NCBI GenBank assembly: GCA_016182485.1
Contig: JACPGH010000005.1
Span: 305 to 64,304 of the forward strand
Direction of reading: 5' to 3'
Length of the DNA stretch: 64,000 bases
DNA from: Candidatus Kaiserbacteria bacterium
GTDB lineage: Bacteria; Patescibacteriota; Minisyncoccia; Phycocordibacterales; Phycocordibacteraceae
Part shown: in pieces, positions 41,245-51,980 of the stretch
How positions within the stretch are numbered: the stretch's first letter is position 1
Layout of the letters: every line of letters starts with the position of its first letter
Made by a program: the position numbers and the translations under genes
Notes under the pieces: model-generated
Told to the model about the DNA's origin: nothing
The model's database searches: none
Seen by the model: the letters and a program-made list of their open reading frames with translations, nothing else

Positions 41245-41583
41245 TCAGGAACGCTTTAGACGGTCGCAGAACCGGATGAATGAATCCGCCGCGGCCTTAT
41301 GAAATTCGATGACCTCATCGAACTCTCTCCGCAATGCGCGCTCGTACTCATTGATCGCGTGCACCGGGGAGTGGCCAGTTTCGCGCATGCGCCTGATGAG
41401 CTCCATGCCCGTGTTATAGTTCGCAATTGTATTTTGCGAAACCCGATTGAGGCCTTCGAGAAGCTGGCGTACGCGCTCTTCGACTAACGCGCGGAACTCG
41501 GCATCATTCTGCGCGCGCGCCGCCGCGAGCCGTTCCTCGAGTCTCTGCCGCAACGCCTCGAGCTGTTCCTCTGCGTATCCCAT
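41245..41583 (-). CDS. Hypothetical helical protein (112 aa) inserted between rpsJ and rplC
   Basis: All-alpha, charged; no recognised family. Confidence 0.5.
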   Translation of the reverse strand: MGYAEEQLEALRQRLEERLAAARAQNDAEFRALVEERVRQLLEGLNRVSQNTIANYNTGMELIRRMRETGHSPVHAINEYERALRREFDEVIEFHKAAADSFIRFCDRLKRS

Positions 41584-41742
41584 GCAATCCTCCGGGAAAG
41601 AATTTGTACATCCTCGAAAATCCTACCTATCAAATTCTTCAGTTTTTGTGAATCAAGAGAGGCGCCCTAGTGCCTAGAATTTAGATCATCTTCTAGTCTG
41701 CTTCCTTTTCTTCATGTTCGTTATTTTGCATGGTCGTGAGAC

Positions 41743-43059
41743 TTAACGAACATTGATCGCCGCATTAGCGGAGGAAGAAGTTGCAAAGCCGCCGAAAAGC
41801 TCCTGCATAACGTCTCGAAGAGAACCGGCCTCGGAAGGAGGAGCGATCGAGAAGGCCTTTCCGTGATCTCCGAGTGAAATCTCGAAAGAAAGTGTCGACC
41901 GCGCGCCGGTCGCGATGTCATCAATTGTCATCGGAGCAGCTTTTATTTTGTACATATATTTATCCTGCGCCCCGATCCAGAGGTCGAGGGCCATCTCCTT
42001 CCCTATCCATTGGTCCAGTTCCCGTTGCGTCTCGGCCGCTTCTTCCGGAGTCGTGGTCGACCGGAGGTCGGACGTAAGCTTCCTTAACAAATCGGCGAGC
42101 TTCTTTTCGTATGTGGCGACGAGCGCAAGGTGGCGCGTAGGCGTTTCAGAGATCGTTTCATTGCCGAGATCTGTAAGAGATCGTACATAACTCCCGCCTT
42201 GGGCATACGCCATAAGCGCCTCTGCATCCTGCCTGATCGCGGGCCACGCCTCCGCCGGAATTGTGCTCGTGGCGTTGTCTGCCTTGATCCATTTGTTCTC
42301 GATGGATTCCGCGAACCCGTTTGCAAGACCGGAAATCATCCCAAGCATGAGATTCGTCTTAGGATCCGTAGCATGAAAATCGAGTTTTAGCGCGTTAAGC
42401 ACCAAATACAAATCTTTGCCGTCATAGATTCCGCGCGCGGACAATTCTCCCGAGCCGGTCGTCGTGACAGCGCTGGACGCAAAGCTCATGCTTAGGGTTA
42501 CATCCCCACGCGAATCGGCGGCATGACGGTCAATGAGCCCGCGTGTTTCCAGAGTGAACGTACCGGACATAGGCAAGACGTCTTTTCCTATTGCCGTTCC
42601 CTCAATGCTTCCGGTCGACGTAGCGGCAAAAGCGACCGATGATATATTCCCCATCGCCTCGAAGCTATTTTGCAGTATTTCTTGCGGAGATTGCTGAAGC
42701 GGCGCAGGGAACAGCAGGTCGCGATATTGATAAGCGGCAAACGCTCCCCCACCGCCGACCAGGATGCATGCGCCGGCAATGATCAAATTTCGCCACGAAC
42801 GTGAACTCGGCTTCGGGGACACGAGTACGGTGCCTGCGGGGGCCGTTATTGGCGAATACACCGGCTGTGCTTTCGGCTCGGTCTGGCTAAGGGTTGGGGC
42901 CGGAGCAAATGCTTGAGCTATATCGGGATCAGTCCATCCATTGGCTCGCAAATTATTTTCGACAGTCTCGCGCGAAGAGCCGTTCGCGAGCTGCTCGCGA
43001 ACGTACGTAAGGAGCGCTTCGGTAATCATGCTTTGATTGTAAACAAAACCCGCACGCAA
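41743..43059 (-). CDS. Hypothetical single-pass membrane protein (438 aa) inserted between rpsJ and rplC
   Basis: ~95-aa cytoplasmic N-term, TM helix LIIAGACILVGGGGAFAAY, ~320-aa extracytoplasmic domain. Confidence 0.6.
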   Translation of the reverse strand: MRAGFVYNQSMITEALLTYVREQLANGSSRETVENNLRANGWTDPDIAQAFAPAPTLSQTEPKAQPVYSPITAPAGTVLVSPKPSSRSWRNLIIAGACILVGGGGAFAAYQYRDLLFPAPLQQSPQEILQNSFEAMGNISSVAFAATSTGSIEGTAIGKDVLPMSGTFTLETRGLIDRHAADSRGDVTLSMSFASSAVTTTGSGELSARGIYDGKDLYLVLNALKLDFHATDPKTNLMLGMISGLANGFAESIENKWIKADNATSTIPAEAWPAIRQDAEALMAYAQGGSYVRSLTDLGNETISETPTRHLALVATYEKKLADLLRKLTSDLRSTTTPEEAAETQRELDQWIGKEMALDLWIGAQDKYMYKIKAAPMTIDDIATGARSTLSFEISLGDHGKAFSIAPPSEAGSLRDVMQELFGGFATSSSANAAINVR

Positions 43060-43102
43060 ATTTTCTCTATCAACAAATAACGCCTGTTCTGTCAGAACAG
43101 CA

Positions 43103-43127
43103 AAACCGCCCCGTATGGGGCGGTTTT
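43103..43127 (-). terminator. Rho-independent terminator downstream of rpsJ
   Basis: aaaaccgcccc gtat ggggcggtttt; second small hairpin ctgttctg/cagaacag adjacent. Confidence 0.6.
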
Positions 43128-43200
43128 GCGTGCTAGCGCCTAGTCCCTAGCCGTTTAAATCATCTTCCCCGCTTCGCTAAAGCTACTCGGGGCACGCACG

Positions 43201-43611
43201 TCAAACCATTTTTACATCAATTGTCACGCCGCTTGGCAGATTCAGGTTCGTGAGCGCTTCGACGACTTTCGGAGTCGGGTTCAGGATATCTATCAGACGC
43301 TTGTGGATCCGCATCTCGAACTGCTCGCGCGAATTCTTGTAGATGAAGGTGGAACGGTTCACGGTCCAGCGCTTAGTCTCTACCGGCAGAGGAACGGGGC
43401 CGACGACTGTGGCGTCGAAGCGGGCCGCCGTGTCCATGATCTGCTTCACCGAGAGGTCGAGGATCTTGTGCTCATAGGCGGAAACGCGAATGCGCAACTT
43501 GTGGTCGGTAGTCGCAGCACTTGCCGCCGCCGTCGCAGCCTTTTTTGCTACGCGCTTGGGAGCGTTCTTCGGAGCACCAGATTTCTTCATTTTTACTTGT
43601 GCGGTTGCCAT
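43201..43611 (-). CDS. rpsJ: 30S ribosomal protein S10 with Lys/Ala-rich N-terminal extension
   Basis: [15 protein letters not shown]... S10 core after ~33-aa [13 protein letters not shown] extension. Confidence 0.9.
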   Translation of the reverse strand: MATAQVKMKKSGAPKNAPKRVAKKAATAAASAATTDHKLRIRVSAYEHKILDLSVKQIMDTAARFDATVVGPVPLPVETKRWTVNRSTFIYKNSREQFEMRIHKRLIDILNPTPKVVEALTNLNLPSGVTIDVKMV

Positions 43612-43657
43612 GTGGCTGGTTTGCTAGTAACTAGTTTCTAGTCACTAGTTAACTAGT
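43612..43657. repeat. ACTAGT-rich spacer (5x CTAGT within 46 nt) between tuf stop and rpsJ start
   Basis: tggctggtttgctagtaactagtttctagtcactagttaactagtc; TAG in all three frames. Confidence 0.7.
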
Positions 43658-44857
<1,200 letters not shown>

Positions 44858-45126
44858 AATCGTTACGTAATTCTCAATTTACAATTTTCAATTTCCAATG
44901 AGTTGCCATCGGATTTATTTGAAAATTGCAAAATTAAAAATTGAAAATTATTAATAAATCCGACTCGGGTCGGAAAACACTCCCGGCCCGTCAGCAGAAC
45001 CAGCGACAAGCCAAAGAGCGACGCCACAATGCGTTATCTAGCAATGTAACCGACCCTTCACAAAAACGCAAGGTTCTGCTAGGGTAGCCATGGGTAAAAT
45101 CTTCTATAACCAGTCAGGAGGACTGC

Positions 45127-45300
45127 TTGAAAACGGCTGACGATTTCCTTCGGGCGATCGAAAACAATCCCGGCGTAGTGGCATCTGCCCTCGATGGATG
45201 GTCTACGGAAGAAGTTGCGGCTGCGGTCCAAGAGCTCGGACAGCGGTTTAGCATCACGGTTCGCCGCATCTGGCCGCCGGCACACGTGAAAATCGACTAG
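45127..45300 (+). CDS. Small ORF (57 aa), TTG start
   Basis: AGGAGG SD 5 nt upstream of TTG; followed by GC hairpin 45309-45329; competes with antisense ORF 45079..45285. Confidence 0.4.
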   Translation: MKTADDFLRAIENNPGVVASALDGWSTEEVAAAVQELGQRFSITVRRIWPPAHVKID

Positions 45301-45355
45301 ACAACGCGGCGGGCCGTACTACGGCCCGCTGCGTATCATTTCCACTTTGGCAAAA

Positions 45356-45658
45356 TCATTCTGTTATTTTCGTACCGGTCGCGGCGGCGAGTTCGTGAAT
45401 CTGCACGTCGTGGCGATGGAGGACAGCAGCACCGAATTTGCTTTCCTGATCGAGATCGGCGACCTTGCCCGTGAAGCCGTCCACGGCATTAAGCGTTTTC
45501 TGTACGAGCTCCTTTACCTCCGAGATGTCTTCCTTCAGCTCATCCCGAATGATATACATCTCCTTCTTGGTGGCGAGATTCGCAAGCGCCCAGTCTTTCG
45601 TGGCGAACTTTTGTTCGAACCTTTGTTCAAGCTTCTCCGCATCTGCGTCGGTAATCAT
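45356..45658 (-). CDS. Small coiled-coil protein (100 aa), paralog of 38047..38337; ATG overlaps TGA of displaced fusA tail fragment
   Basis: EKLEQRFEQKF...VLHRHDVQIHEL aligns with EKIENKFEERF...ILDHERRIRRLE. Confidence 0.5.
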   Translation of the reverse strand: MITDADAEKLEQRFEQKFATKDWALANLATKKEMYIIRDELKEDISEVKELVQKTLNAVDGFTGKVADLDQESKFGAAVLHRHDVQIHELAAATGTKITE

Positions 45659-45684
45659 GCCAAGATAATAACACGCCTGCCGAT

Positions 45685-45731
45685 GTCATAGTGGTCGAAC
45701 TCCATCGTCATCGAGCCGCGGCCTTCGGTCA
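45685..45731. repeat. 47-bp perfect direct-repeat copy A (duplicate of fusA 3' end), fused to a 9-codon tail (IGRRVIILA*)
   Basis: gtcatagtggtcgaactccatcgtcatcgagccgcggccttcggtca identical to 46322-46368; 51 bp with 1 mismatch. Confidence 0.85.
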
Positions 45732-45995
45732 GATGCGATAAATCCAACTATGCGGACCACAGGTGAGGAAAAGTGCTGTGGAACCGTCAATGAAACGAAA
45801 AATGATCCTGTATTGTCTGTTGATTCTAAAACTCCACAGCTCGCGCTGTTTCGGATGTAGTTTTTCTGTTTGAAGAGATGTGTGGAAGGGGTTCTCGCGG
45901 AATAATGCCCACTTCTTCTGCGCTTGTCGGCGAACAGGAGGTGGGAGTGCCGCAAAGCGCCGTATGAATTCTTCGGTGATTTCTATCGCGATCAT
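45729..45995 (-). CDS. RelE/ParE-superfamily type II toxin
   Basis: 88 aa; ...KLHPKQRELWSFRINRQYRIIFRFIDGSTALFLTCGPH... matches RelE/ParE C-terminal pattern; stop codon lies inside 47-bp repeat copy A. Confidence 0.6.
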   Translation of the reverse strand: MIAIEITEEFIRRFAALPPPVRRQAQKKWALFRENPFHTSLQTEKLHPKQRELWSFRINRQYRIIFRFIDGSTALFLTCGPHSWIYRI

Positions 45996-46195
45996 GCAAA
46001 GCGCACTTTGCCTGAAGGTGACATCCTGTGGGTGCGGCCGGCGCGATAATCAGCTTCAGCGCGAGCGACGCTTTCAAGGAAAGCCGGATTGAAAAGGCCG
46101 AACGTCGCAGCGAGTCGCTCTAGGCGGTCGGCGTCTATCTCCAGGACTAGTTTGCGTCCTTTAGTGGAACGAATCGTAGTTGAGACTTTGGCCAT
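45992..46195 (-). CDS. Putative cognate antitoxin (67 aa)
   Basis: Immediately upstream of toxin with ATGA overlap; small charged protein. Confidence 0.45.
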   Translation of the reverse strand: MAKVSTTIRSTKGRKLVLEIDADRLERLAATFGLFNPAFLESVARAEADYRAGRTHRMSPSGKVRFA

Positions 46196-46273
46196 GATTC
46201 AAGTATACCATATCACATTACGAAAATGCGGCCAAGACCCGCGCGAGCAATGGTTACCGCACTCAACCCGTGG

Positions 46274-48421
46274 CTACTTCCTGCTCGCGATGATGTCCTG
46301 CGCGATGTTCGCGGGAACGACGTCATAGTGGTCGAACTCCATCGTCATCGAGCCGCGGCCTTCGGTCATGGAGCGGAGCGTGGTGGTGTAGCCGAACATT
46401 TCCGAGAGCGGCACTTTCGCCTTTATCACTTTGTTCATACTGCGCTCTTCCATCCCCTCGATCTGGCCGCGCTTGCCGGAGAGCGAGCCGGTGATATCGC
46501 CCATGAATTGCTCGGGCACGATGACTTCGATGCGCATGATAGGTTCGAGGATAACCGCTTTGGCTCTCGCGGCCGCTTCTTGGAACGCCATCGACGCCGC
46601 TATCTTGAAGGCGATTTCTGAAGAGTCCACGTCGTGATACGAGCCGTCGTAGAGGTCGATGGAGATGTCCACCATCGGGAAGCCGGCGAGGAAGCCTCTC
46701 GCCATCGCTTCGCGAACTCCCTTCTCCACTGCGGGGATGAATTCCTGCGGGACGACGCCTCCCTTGATGCTGTTGATGAATTCGAAATGGTCCTCGCGCG
46801 TAACGTTCTTTGCCACCTTCTTTTCCGGATCTACCGGCTCCATTTTCTTCATCTTGATGCGCACGTGGCCGTACTGGCCTCGCCCGCCGGTCTGCTTGAT
46901 ATACTTGCCCTCGGCCTCCGCGCTTCCTAGGATCGTCTCACGATAGGCCACCTGCGGCTTCCCCACATCCGCGACGACATTGAACTCCCGCTTCATGCGA
47001 TCCACGAGTATTTCCAAATGCAGTTCGCCCATGCCGGAGATAATGGTCTCGCCGGTTTCTTCGTCGCTCGTAATGCGGAAGGTCGGGTCTTCATCGCTAA
47101 GCTTCCTGAGCGCGAGACCCATTTTTTCCTGATCCGCCTTTGTCTTCGGCTCAATGCGCAGCGATACGACCGGTTCTGGGAATTTAATTTCCTCCAGAAT
47201 GATCGGATTCGCCTCATCGCAAAGCGTGTGAGAGGTCTTGGTATCTTTCAATCCAACGGCCGCCGCGATTTCTCCCGTAAAGACTTTCTCCACTTCTTCG
47301 CGTTTATCCGCCTGCAGCCGCACGATGCGGCCGACGCGCTCTTTCGAACCCGTGTTCGAATTATAGACATAGGACCCGGCAGTGAGCATACCGGAATAGA
47401 CGCGGAAGAAAGTCAGCGCGCCGACGAAAGGGTCGGTCTGGAGCTTGAACGCGAGGGCGCAGAACGGCTCGTCGTCGGAGGCGTGTCGCTCTATTGGCTC
47501 GCCGGTCTTCGGATTAGTGCCGGTTGCCGGCGGGAGATCGAGCGGCGACGGCAAATAATCCACTACGCCGTCGAGGATGAGCTGCACGCCCTTATTCTTG
47601 AGAGCAGAACCGGTATAAACCGGAAAAATTTGATTTGCGATGACCGCCTTGCGCAAGATTTTCTTCAGTTCTTCGAGAGAAGGCTCGTTCCCTTCGAGAT
47701 ACGCGCTCATCGCCGCATCGTCCTGCTCGACGATCCGCTCGACGAGCTCGGCGCGGTATTTCTTCGCGTCTTCAAGCAGGTCGGACGGGATTTCCCCTTC
47801 GATAACATCCTCCCCCATGTTGCCCCCGAAGGTGAAGGCCTTCATAGCGAGCAGGTCGATGACTCCTTCGTGCTGTCCTTCGAGCCCGATGGGGATCTGC
47901 ATTCGGATCGCCTTCGGCGAGAGCCGGTCGAGGATACTCTTGTACGAATTTTCGAACGAAGCGCCCGTGCGGTCGAGCTTGTTGATGAAGCAGATGCGGG
48001 GCACATTCGCCTCGTCGGCATAACGCCAGTTGGTCTCGGACTGCGGCTCCACGCCCGCGACGCCGTCGAAGACTACGATCGCGCCGTCCAAGACGCGCAT
48101 CGAGCGCTTCACCTCGGCGGTGAAGTCGATATGTCCAGGAGTATCGATGATATTGAAACGATATTTCTTTGCAATATCTTTTTTGTCTTTTTCGGACGTC
48201 TTGCTCCAGAAGCAGGTGATAGCCGCGGCCGTGATAGTAATGCCGCGCTCGCGCTCCTGCTCCATCCAGTCGGTGGTCGTCTCGCCTTCGTGCACCTCGC
48301 CGATCTTATGCTGACTGCCGGTGTAGAAAAGAATGCGCTCGCTCGCGGTCGTCTTCCCCGCATCGATGTGAGCGATGATGCCGAAATTGCGGACTTTATC
48401 AAGTGGATAATCTCTGTTCAT
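46274..48421 (-). CDS. fusA: Elongation factor G
   Basis: Full-length EF-G; C-term [22 protein letters not shown] homologous to canonical EF-G end; contains repeat copy B at 46322-46368; TATAAT 8 nt upstream of ATG. Confidence 0.98.
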   Translation of the reverse strand: MNRDYPLDKVRNFGIIAHIDAGKTTASERILFYTGSQHKIGEVHEGETTTDWMEQERERGITITAAAITCFWSKTSEKDKKDIAKKYRFNIIDTPGHIDFTAEVKRSMRVLDGAIVVFDGVAGVEPQSETNWRYADEANVPRICFINKLDRTGASFENSYKSILDRLSPKAIRMQIPIGLEGQHEGVIDLLAMKAFTFGGNMGEDVIEGEIPSDLLEDAKKYRAELVERIVEQDDAAMSAYLEGNEPSLEELKKILRKAVIANQIFPVYTGSALKNKGVQLILDGVVDYLPSPLDLPPATGTNPKTGEPIERHASDDEPFCALAFKLQTDPFVGALTFFRVYSGMLTAGSYVYNSNTGSKERVGRIVRLQADKREEVEKVFTGEIAAAVGLKDTKTSHTLCDEANPIILEEIKFPEPVVSLRIEPKTKADQEKMGLALRKLSDEDPTFRITSDEETGETIISGMGELHLEILVDRMKREFNVVADVGKPQVAYRETILGSAEAEGKYIKQTGGRGQYGHVRIKMKKMEPVDPEKKVAKNVTREDHFEFINSIKGGVVPQEFIPAVEKGVREAMARGFLAGFPMVDISIDLYDGSYHDVDSSEIAFKIAASMAFQEAAARAKAVILEPIMRIEVIVPEQFMGDITGSLSGKRGQIEGMEERSMNKVIKAKVPLSEMFGYTTTLRSMTEGRGSMTMEFDHYDVVPANIAQDIIASRK

Positions 48422-48537
48422 AAATAAGAATTATAAATCCCGACGTTGGCAGTCGGGATGCCGACTTTGCGTCAGTGTTGAACACACAATAAATGAAAGA
48501 CTGATGAAATGCAAAGCGCTGGCGTATACTAGATGAA

Positions 48538-49131
48538 ATGGCCAAATTTGAGCTCGACCGGATGGTCGAATTTCATAAGCTCCTGCATGCCTTCGCCCGC
48601 GTCGAACGGACCGGGCTCCGCATCCACGGCAGCGACGCAAAAGAAAGCGATATTGAACATAGCTTCTTCCTTGCTATGCTCGCCTGGTACATTATCGAGA
48701 CCGCGCAGCTTCCGCTCGACGTAAGTCAAGCCATGCGGTATGCGCTAGTACACGATTTCGTAGAAGTGTACGCGGGCGACACCTACATTCTTGATTCTGA
48801 AGGCGCTAAAACGAAGCATGAACGTGAAGAAGCTGCCCGACAACGACTCGAGAAGGAATTTCCGGAATTCAAGGCGCTTCACGAGACAATTCTCGCTTAC
48901 GAAGCCCAGGCGGACGAAGAGTCTCGGTTCATCAAGGCGCTCGATAAGGTCGATCCGGTCCTCTCGAATTATTTACAAAGCGGCCGCGGCTGGAAGGAAA
49001 TGGGAGTCGATTTCGACTGGCTTGTTTTGCATAAGCGAGAAAAGCTCGCGAGCCATGTTGATATGCGCGAACTTTTCGAAGAAATCATCGCCCGCATCGA
49101 GCCGCGCAAGAGCGATTTCTTCCCGAAATGA
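48538..49131 (+). CDS. HD-domain phosphohydrolase (YfbR-like 5'-deoxynucleotidase family)
   Basis: H..HD metal motif (EHSF...HD), TATACT 7 nt upstream of ATG. Confidence 0.75.
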   Translation: MAKFELDRMVEFHKLLHAFARVERTGLRIHGSDAKESDIEHSFFLAMLAWYIIETAQLPLDVSQAMRYALVHDFVEVYAGDTYILDSEGAKTKHEREEAARQRLEKEFPEFKALHETILAYEAQADEESRFIKALDKVDPVLSNYLQSGRGWKEMGVDFDWLVLHKREKLASHVDMRELFEEIIARIEPRKSDFFPK

Positions 49132-49228
49132 CCTAAAATGAATCGCCCCAAGGTTCCTTCCAATTTGTTCCTTAATCATAGCGGTCGTTAGAGTTATGGA
49201 ACAGCTAACCAAAATAGGAAAATAATCA

Positions 49229-49816
49229 CTAGGAAAGACCAAAGTGCTTCCGCAGCATGTCGTCGCGCTCTATTTCTTCAGCAACGATGTACACGATGCT
49301 TTTCCCGAGACGCAGATTCGTTCGCAGAAATACTAGGAGTTCTTCACTGTCGTACGGGTAGACCCATACGCTGTTCTGGATTTTGACGAAACCGTTTCTT
49401 TGGAGAAGCGCTCTGAAGCGGTCTCGCACTTTTCTCCGCCGCTCCCAAATATCAAAAATAATCATGCGCCATTTGCCATCCCATTGCTTTGGATTCGCTC
49501 TCTCGAAGCGCTTATTCTCCTCCTCCATGGAAACCGCTACTCGGACACCTCTGGCAGTAAGCCTCAAGGCCGACCCTTGTTTTGTCCGTACTCGCTCAAG
49601 AAGCCCACGCGCGCGCAGGCGGTTTATTGCCTGGCATATTCGCCGATTCAATCGGGGCTTAGGGCCAATATATTTCTCCACGTATTTGAGCAGCCGTGCG
49701 GCATTCGGCGCCGTTAAGATCAATCCGAGTCCGGCAGTCAGATAAATTGACCCCAGTACCACCGCCTGTATTTTCTCTCGTTTAGCCCTCTGCCGGACTT
49801 TTTCTTCCATGCGCAT
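49229..49816 (-). CDS. PaaX-like wHTH regulator paralog 2 (N-terminal TM anchor)
   Basis: Same architecture as 25814..26392: TM, wHTH, WDGKWRMIIFDIWERRRKVRDRF...GFVKIQNSVWVYPYD. Confidence 0.6.
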   Translation of the reverse strand: MRMEEKVRQRAKREKIQAVVLGSIYLTAGLGLILTAPNAARLLKYVEKYIGPKPRLNRRICQAINRLRARGLLERVRTKQGSALRLTARGVRVAVSMEEENKRFERANPKQWDGKWRMIIFDIWERRRKVRDRFRALLQRNGFVKIQNSVWVYPYDSEELLVFLRTNLRLGKSIVYIVAEEIERDDMLRKHFGLS

Positions 49817-49824
49817 GTTCCTTA

Positions 49825-49845
49825 GTATACACGACCGTTATTGAT
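49825..49845. promoter_or_regulatory. Half-site related to the 38-bp PaaX-like operator, overlapping a TATACT -10 box 7 nt upstream of paralog 2 ATG
   Basis: tatacacgaccgttattgata vs tatacgacgaccgtctattatgtttgata. Confidence 0.35.
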
Positions 49846-49886
49846 ATGGAACACAGCTCGTGGACAGGCGTATTTTGAAGTCAGAA

Positions 49887-50231
49887 TTACCAAGCGAAGT
49901 GCGCGGACGCGATAGACCGCACAATTTTACAGATGAATGCGCCTACGAGGAATCCGGCAGTCATCCATGCGACAATAGCAGCAAAGACGGCGGCCTGCGC
50001 CGGAATGCCAAAATATCCCTCGATTTCCAGAAGAGGATATGTTAAAGGTATCATCACTTTTGCCAAAATACTCATTTCCGGAGCGGCGTCCATAAAAGCG
50101 AAGAAGTTGAGACCGTAGCGGAAATCCGTCGCCCATATCCAGACTAATGTTGCAACTGGGAAAAGCGCCCCAATAAAACCGGAAAAAAGGTACCAGAAGC
50201 GCTTTCGCGTCAACTTTTCAGAATCGCTCAT
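49887..50231 (-). CDS. Hypothetical 3-4 TM membrane protein
   Basis: Hydrophobic; inserted between rpsG and fusA. Confidence 0.5.
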   Translation of the reverse strand: MSDSEKLTRKRFWYLFSGFIGALFPVATLVWIWATDFRYGLNFFAFMDAAPEMSILAKVMIPLTYPLLEIEGYFGIPAQAAVFAAIVAWMTAGFLVGAFICKIVRSIASAHFAW

Positions 50232-50249
50232 TTCTAAACAGTAGCACGG

Positions 50250-50714
50250 CTACCAAGCAAAGTGCGCAAAAGCTTTATTTGCTTCCGCCATTCTGTGCAT
50301 TTCGTCCTTCTTTTTGATCGCCTCCCCTTCGTTCTTTGACGCGAGAAGGATTTCATTCGCGAGCTTCTCGGCCATAGGTTTGCCTTTCTTCGAACGCGCC
50401 GCGCCGATTATCCATCGGAATGCGAGAGCGAGCCTGTGCTGTTGAGGCACTTCGCGGGGCACCTGGTAATTCGCGCCGCCGACGCGCCGCGAGCGGACTT
50501 CCATAAGGGGCGAGACGTTGCGGATAGCGGCCTCGAAAGTTTCCATCGGTTCGGCGCCGTCCTTTTTCAAGATGTCGAACGCACCGTAGACCACGGCCCG
50601 AGCCGTATCTTTCTTACCGTCCCACATAACTGCATTGATGAAGCGGGTCAGGGTTTCGGACCCGTACTTCAAATCAGGACGCCATGTTCTTTTCTTTTTA
50701 AGTGGTCGTCTCAT
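50250..50714 (-). CDS. rpsG: 30S ribosomal protein S7
   Basis: S7 signature. Confidence 0.95.
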   Translation of the reverse strand: MRRPLKKKRTWRPDLKYGSETLTRFINAVMWDGKKDTARAVVYGAFDILKKDGAEPMETFEAAIRNVSPLMEVRSRRVGGANYQVPREVPQQHRLALAFRWIIGAARSKKGKPMAEKLANEILLASKNEGEAIKKKDEMHRMAEANKAFAHFAW

Positions 50715-50742
50715 TGTATTTCTAAAGCCTAGTGCCTAGAGC

Positions 50743-51150
50743 CTATTTCGGCCTCTTAGCGCCGTACCGAGAGCGTGCCGTGCGGCGCTTCTCGACGCCG
50801 GACGCATCAAGCTTGCCGCGCACTATCGTATACTGGACGCCGATATCCTTCACGCGGCCGCCGCGCAGCATTACAACAGAGTGCTCCTGTAGATTGTGGC
50901 CCATGCCAGGAATATAGGCGGTTACCTCCATCCCGTTCGTCAGCCGCACGCGCGCGATCTTGCGGATAGCGGAGTTCGGCTTGCGCGGCGTCTTCGTCGT
51001 CACCTTCGTAGCTACGCCACGTTTGAAGGGAGAAGGATAATAAGTCGGCCGGTTCTCGAGGGAGTTGAATCCGCGGGCAAGCGCAGGCACGCTCGTCTTG
51101 AACGGCCTCTGCTTGCGCCCTTTTTTAGTAAGCTGATTGATAGTGGACAT
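50743..51150 (-). CDS. rpsL: 30S ribosomal protein S12
   Basis: S12 signature incl. PNSA(I/L)RK. Confidence 0.97.
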   Translation of the reverse strand: MSTINQLTKKGRKQRPFKTSVPALARGFNSLENRPTYYPSPFKRGVATKVTTKTPRKPNSAIRKIARVRLTNGMEVTAYIPGMGHNLQEHSVVMLRGGRVKDIGVQYTIVRGKLDASGVEKRRTARSRYGAKRPK

Positions 51151-51162
51151 TTACAAAAAGAA

Positions 51163-51197
51163 GACCCGCCTGTCTGCCGCCAGGCAGGCGGAGGGTC
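51163..51197 (-). terminator. GC hairpin + T-run immediately upstream of rpsL (terminator of upstream operon / attenuator)
   Basis: acccgcctgtctgccgcc...ggcaggcgg; minus strand then gtcttctttttgtaaATG; stem resembles the rpsS-upstream hairpin (CCTGCC/GGCAGG). Confidence 0.45.
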
Positions 51198-51239
51198 CAA
51201 TACAATATATATGAATGACCGAAGGAATGCAACTGGGAG

Positions 51240-51971
51240 CTACGGCTCGATGGGTTCTCGGTAAGGATCTAACGAATACGCCGGGGTGGACGGGCGATTA
51301 GAGGCGGCCACTGGCGGAGTTGGCGCGATAGGCTCGACGTTCGGCGTTTGCGCGACAGGCTGGACTACGCCCGGCAGATTCGCTGGGACTGCGGTCTTAT
51401 CCAGCTTTATATCAATGTGAGGTTCTTCATGGTCCTCAAGGAGCTTGGTACTCTCCTGAACCGGCTTAATCACGGCTTGTGTTGGAACTGGCGGATGATT
51501 GGGCAGTTTGTTCTCCAGATGAAAATGCCCGGGCTCGCCGGCTGACACCCCTCCGGCGCTAGCGGGTGCAGGGGCGGCGGGAGTCGGAAGCGGAGGCACC
51601 TGTACGCGCGGAATGCCCGGCGCGGGCGCGGGCGGTTTCAAGGGTTCCTGCATTCCTGTTTTGCGTTCTTCTTCGCGCAGCGGCACAAACACTTCTTGAT
51701 TTATATCAGTAAAGATGTCTTTAAGTGTTTGCTCCGAAACCGGCAGTTTTGCATGCAGTTCACTCGCGAACTCATCGGGACTCTCGAGACCAATGAGCAG
51801 ACGAGTAAGTGCCCTCTCAAGTATTCCTCCCTCATCAATGTGAAGAGCATACCGCTCCATGATTAACTGCGCCGTATCGCTCAGTCTTCCTTCCATAATA
51901 AACTTCTGGATAGGCAGCGGCAGTGTCGCGGTCGCTGACTCTATTTTCTCTCGCAGAGAGGTGTCAGGCAT
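51240..51971 (-). CDS. Hypothetical protein with N-terminal helical domain and Pro-rich low-complexity C-terminal half
   Basis: [25 protein letters not shown]...; last gene of 4-gene operon. Confidence 0.5.
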   Translation of the reverse strand: MPDTSLREKIESATATLPLPIQKFIMEGRLSDTAQLIMERYALHIDEGGILERALTRLLIGLESPDEFASELHAKLPVSEQTLKDIFTDINQEVFVPLREEERKTGMQEPLKPPAPAPGIPRVQVPPLPTPAAPAPASAGGVSAGEPGHFHLENKLPNHPPVPTQAVIKPVQESTKLLEDHEEPHIDIKLDKTAVPANLPGVVQPVAQTPNVEPIAPTPPVAASNRPSTPAYSLDPYREPIEP

Positions 51972-51980
51972 AAAGTTGCA

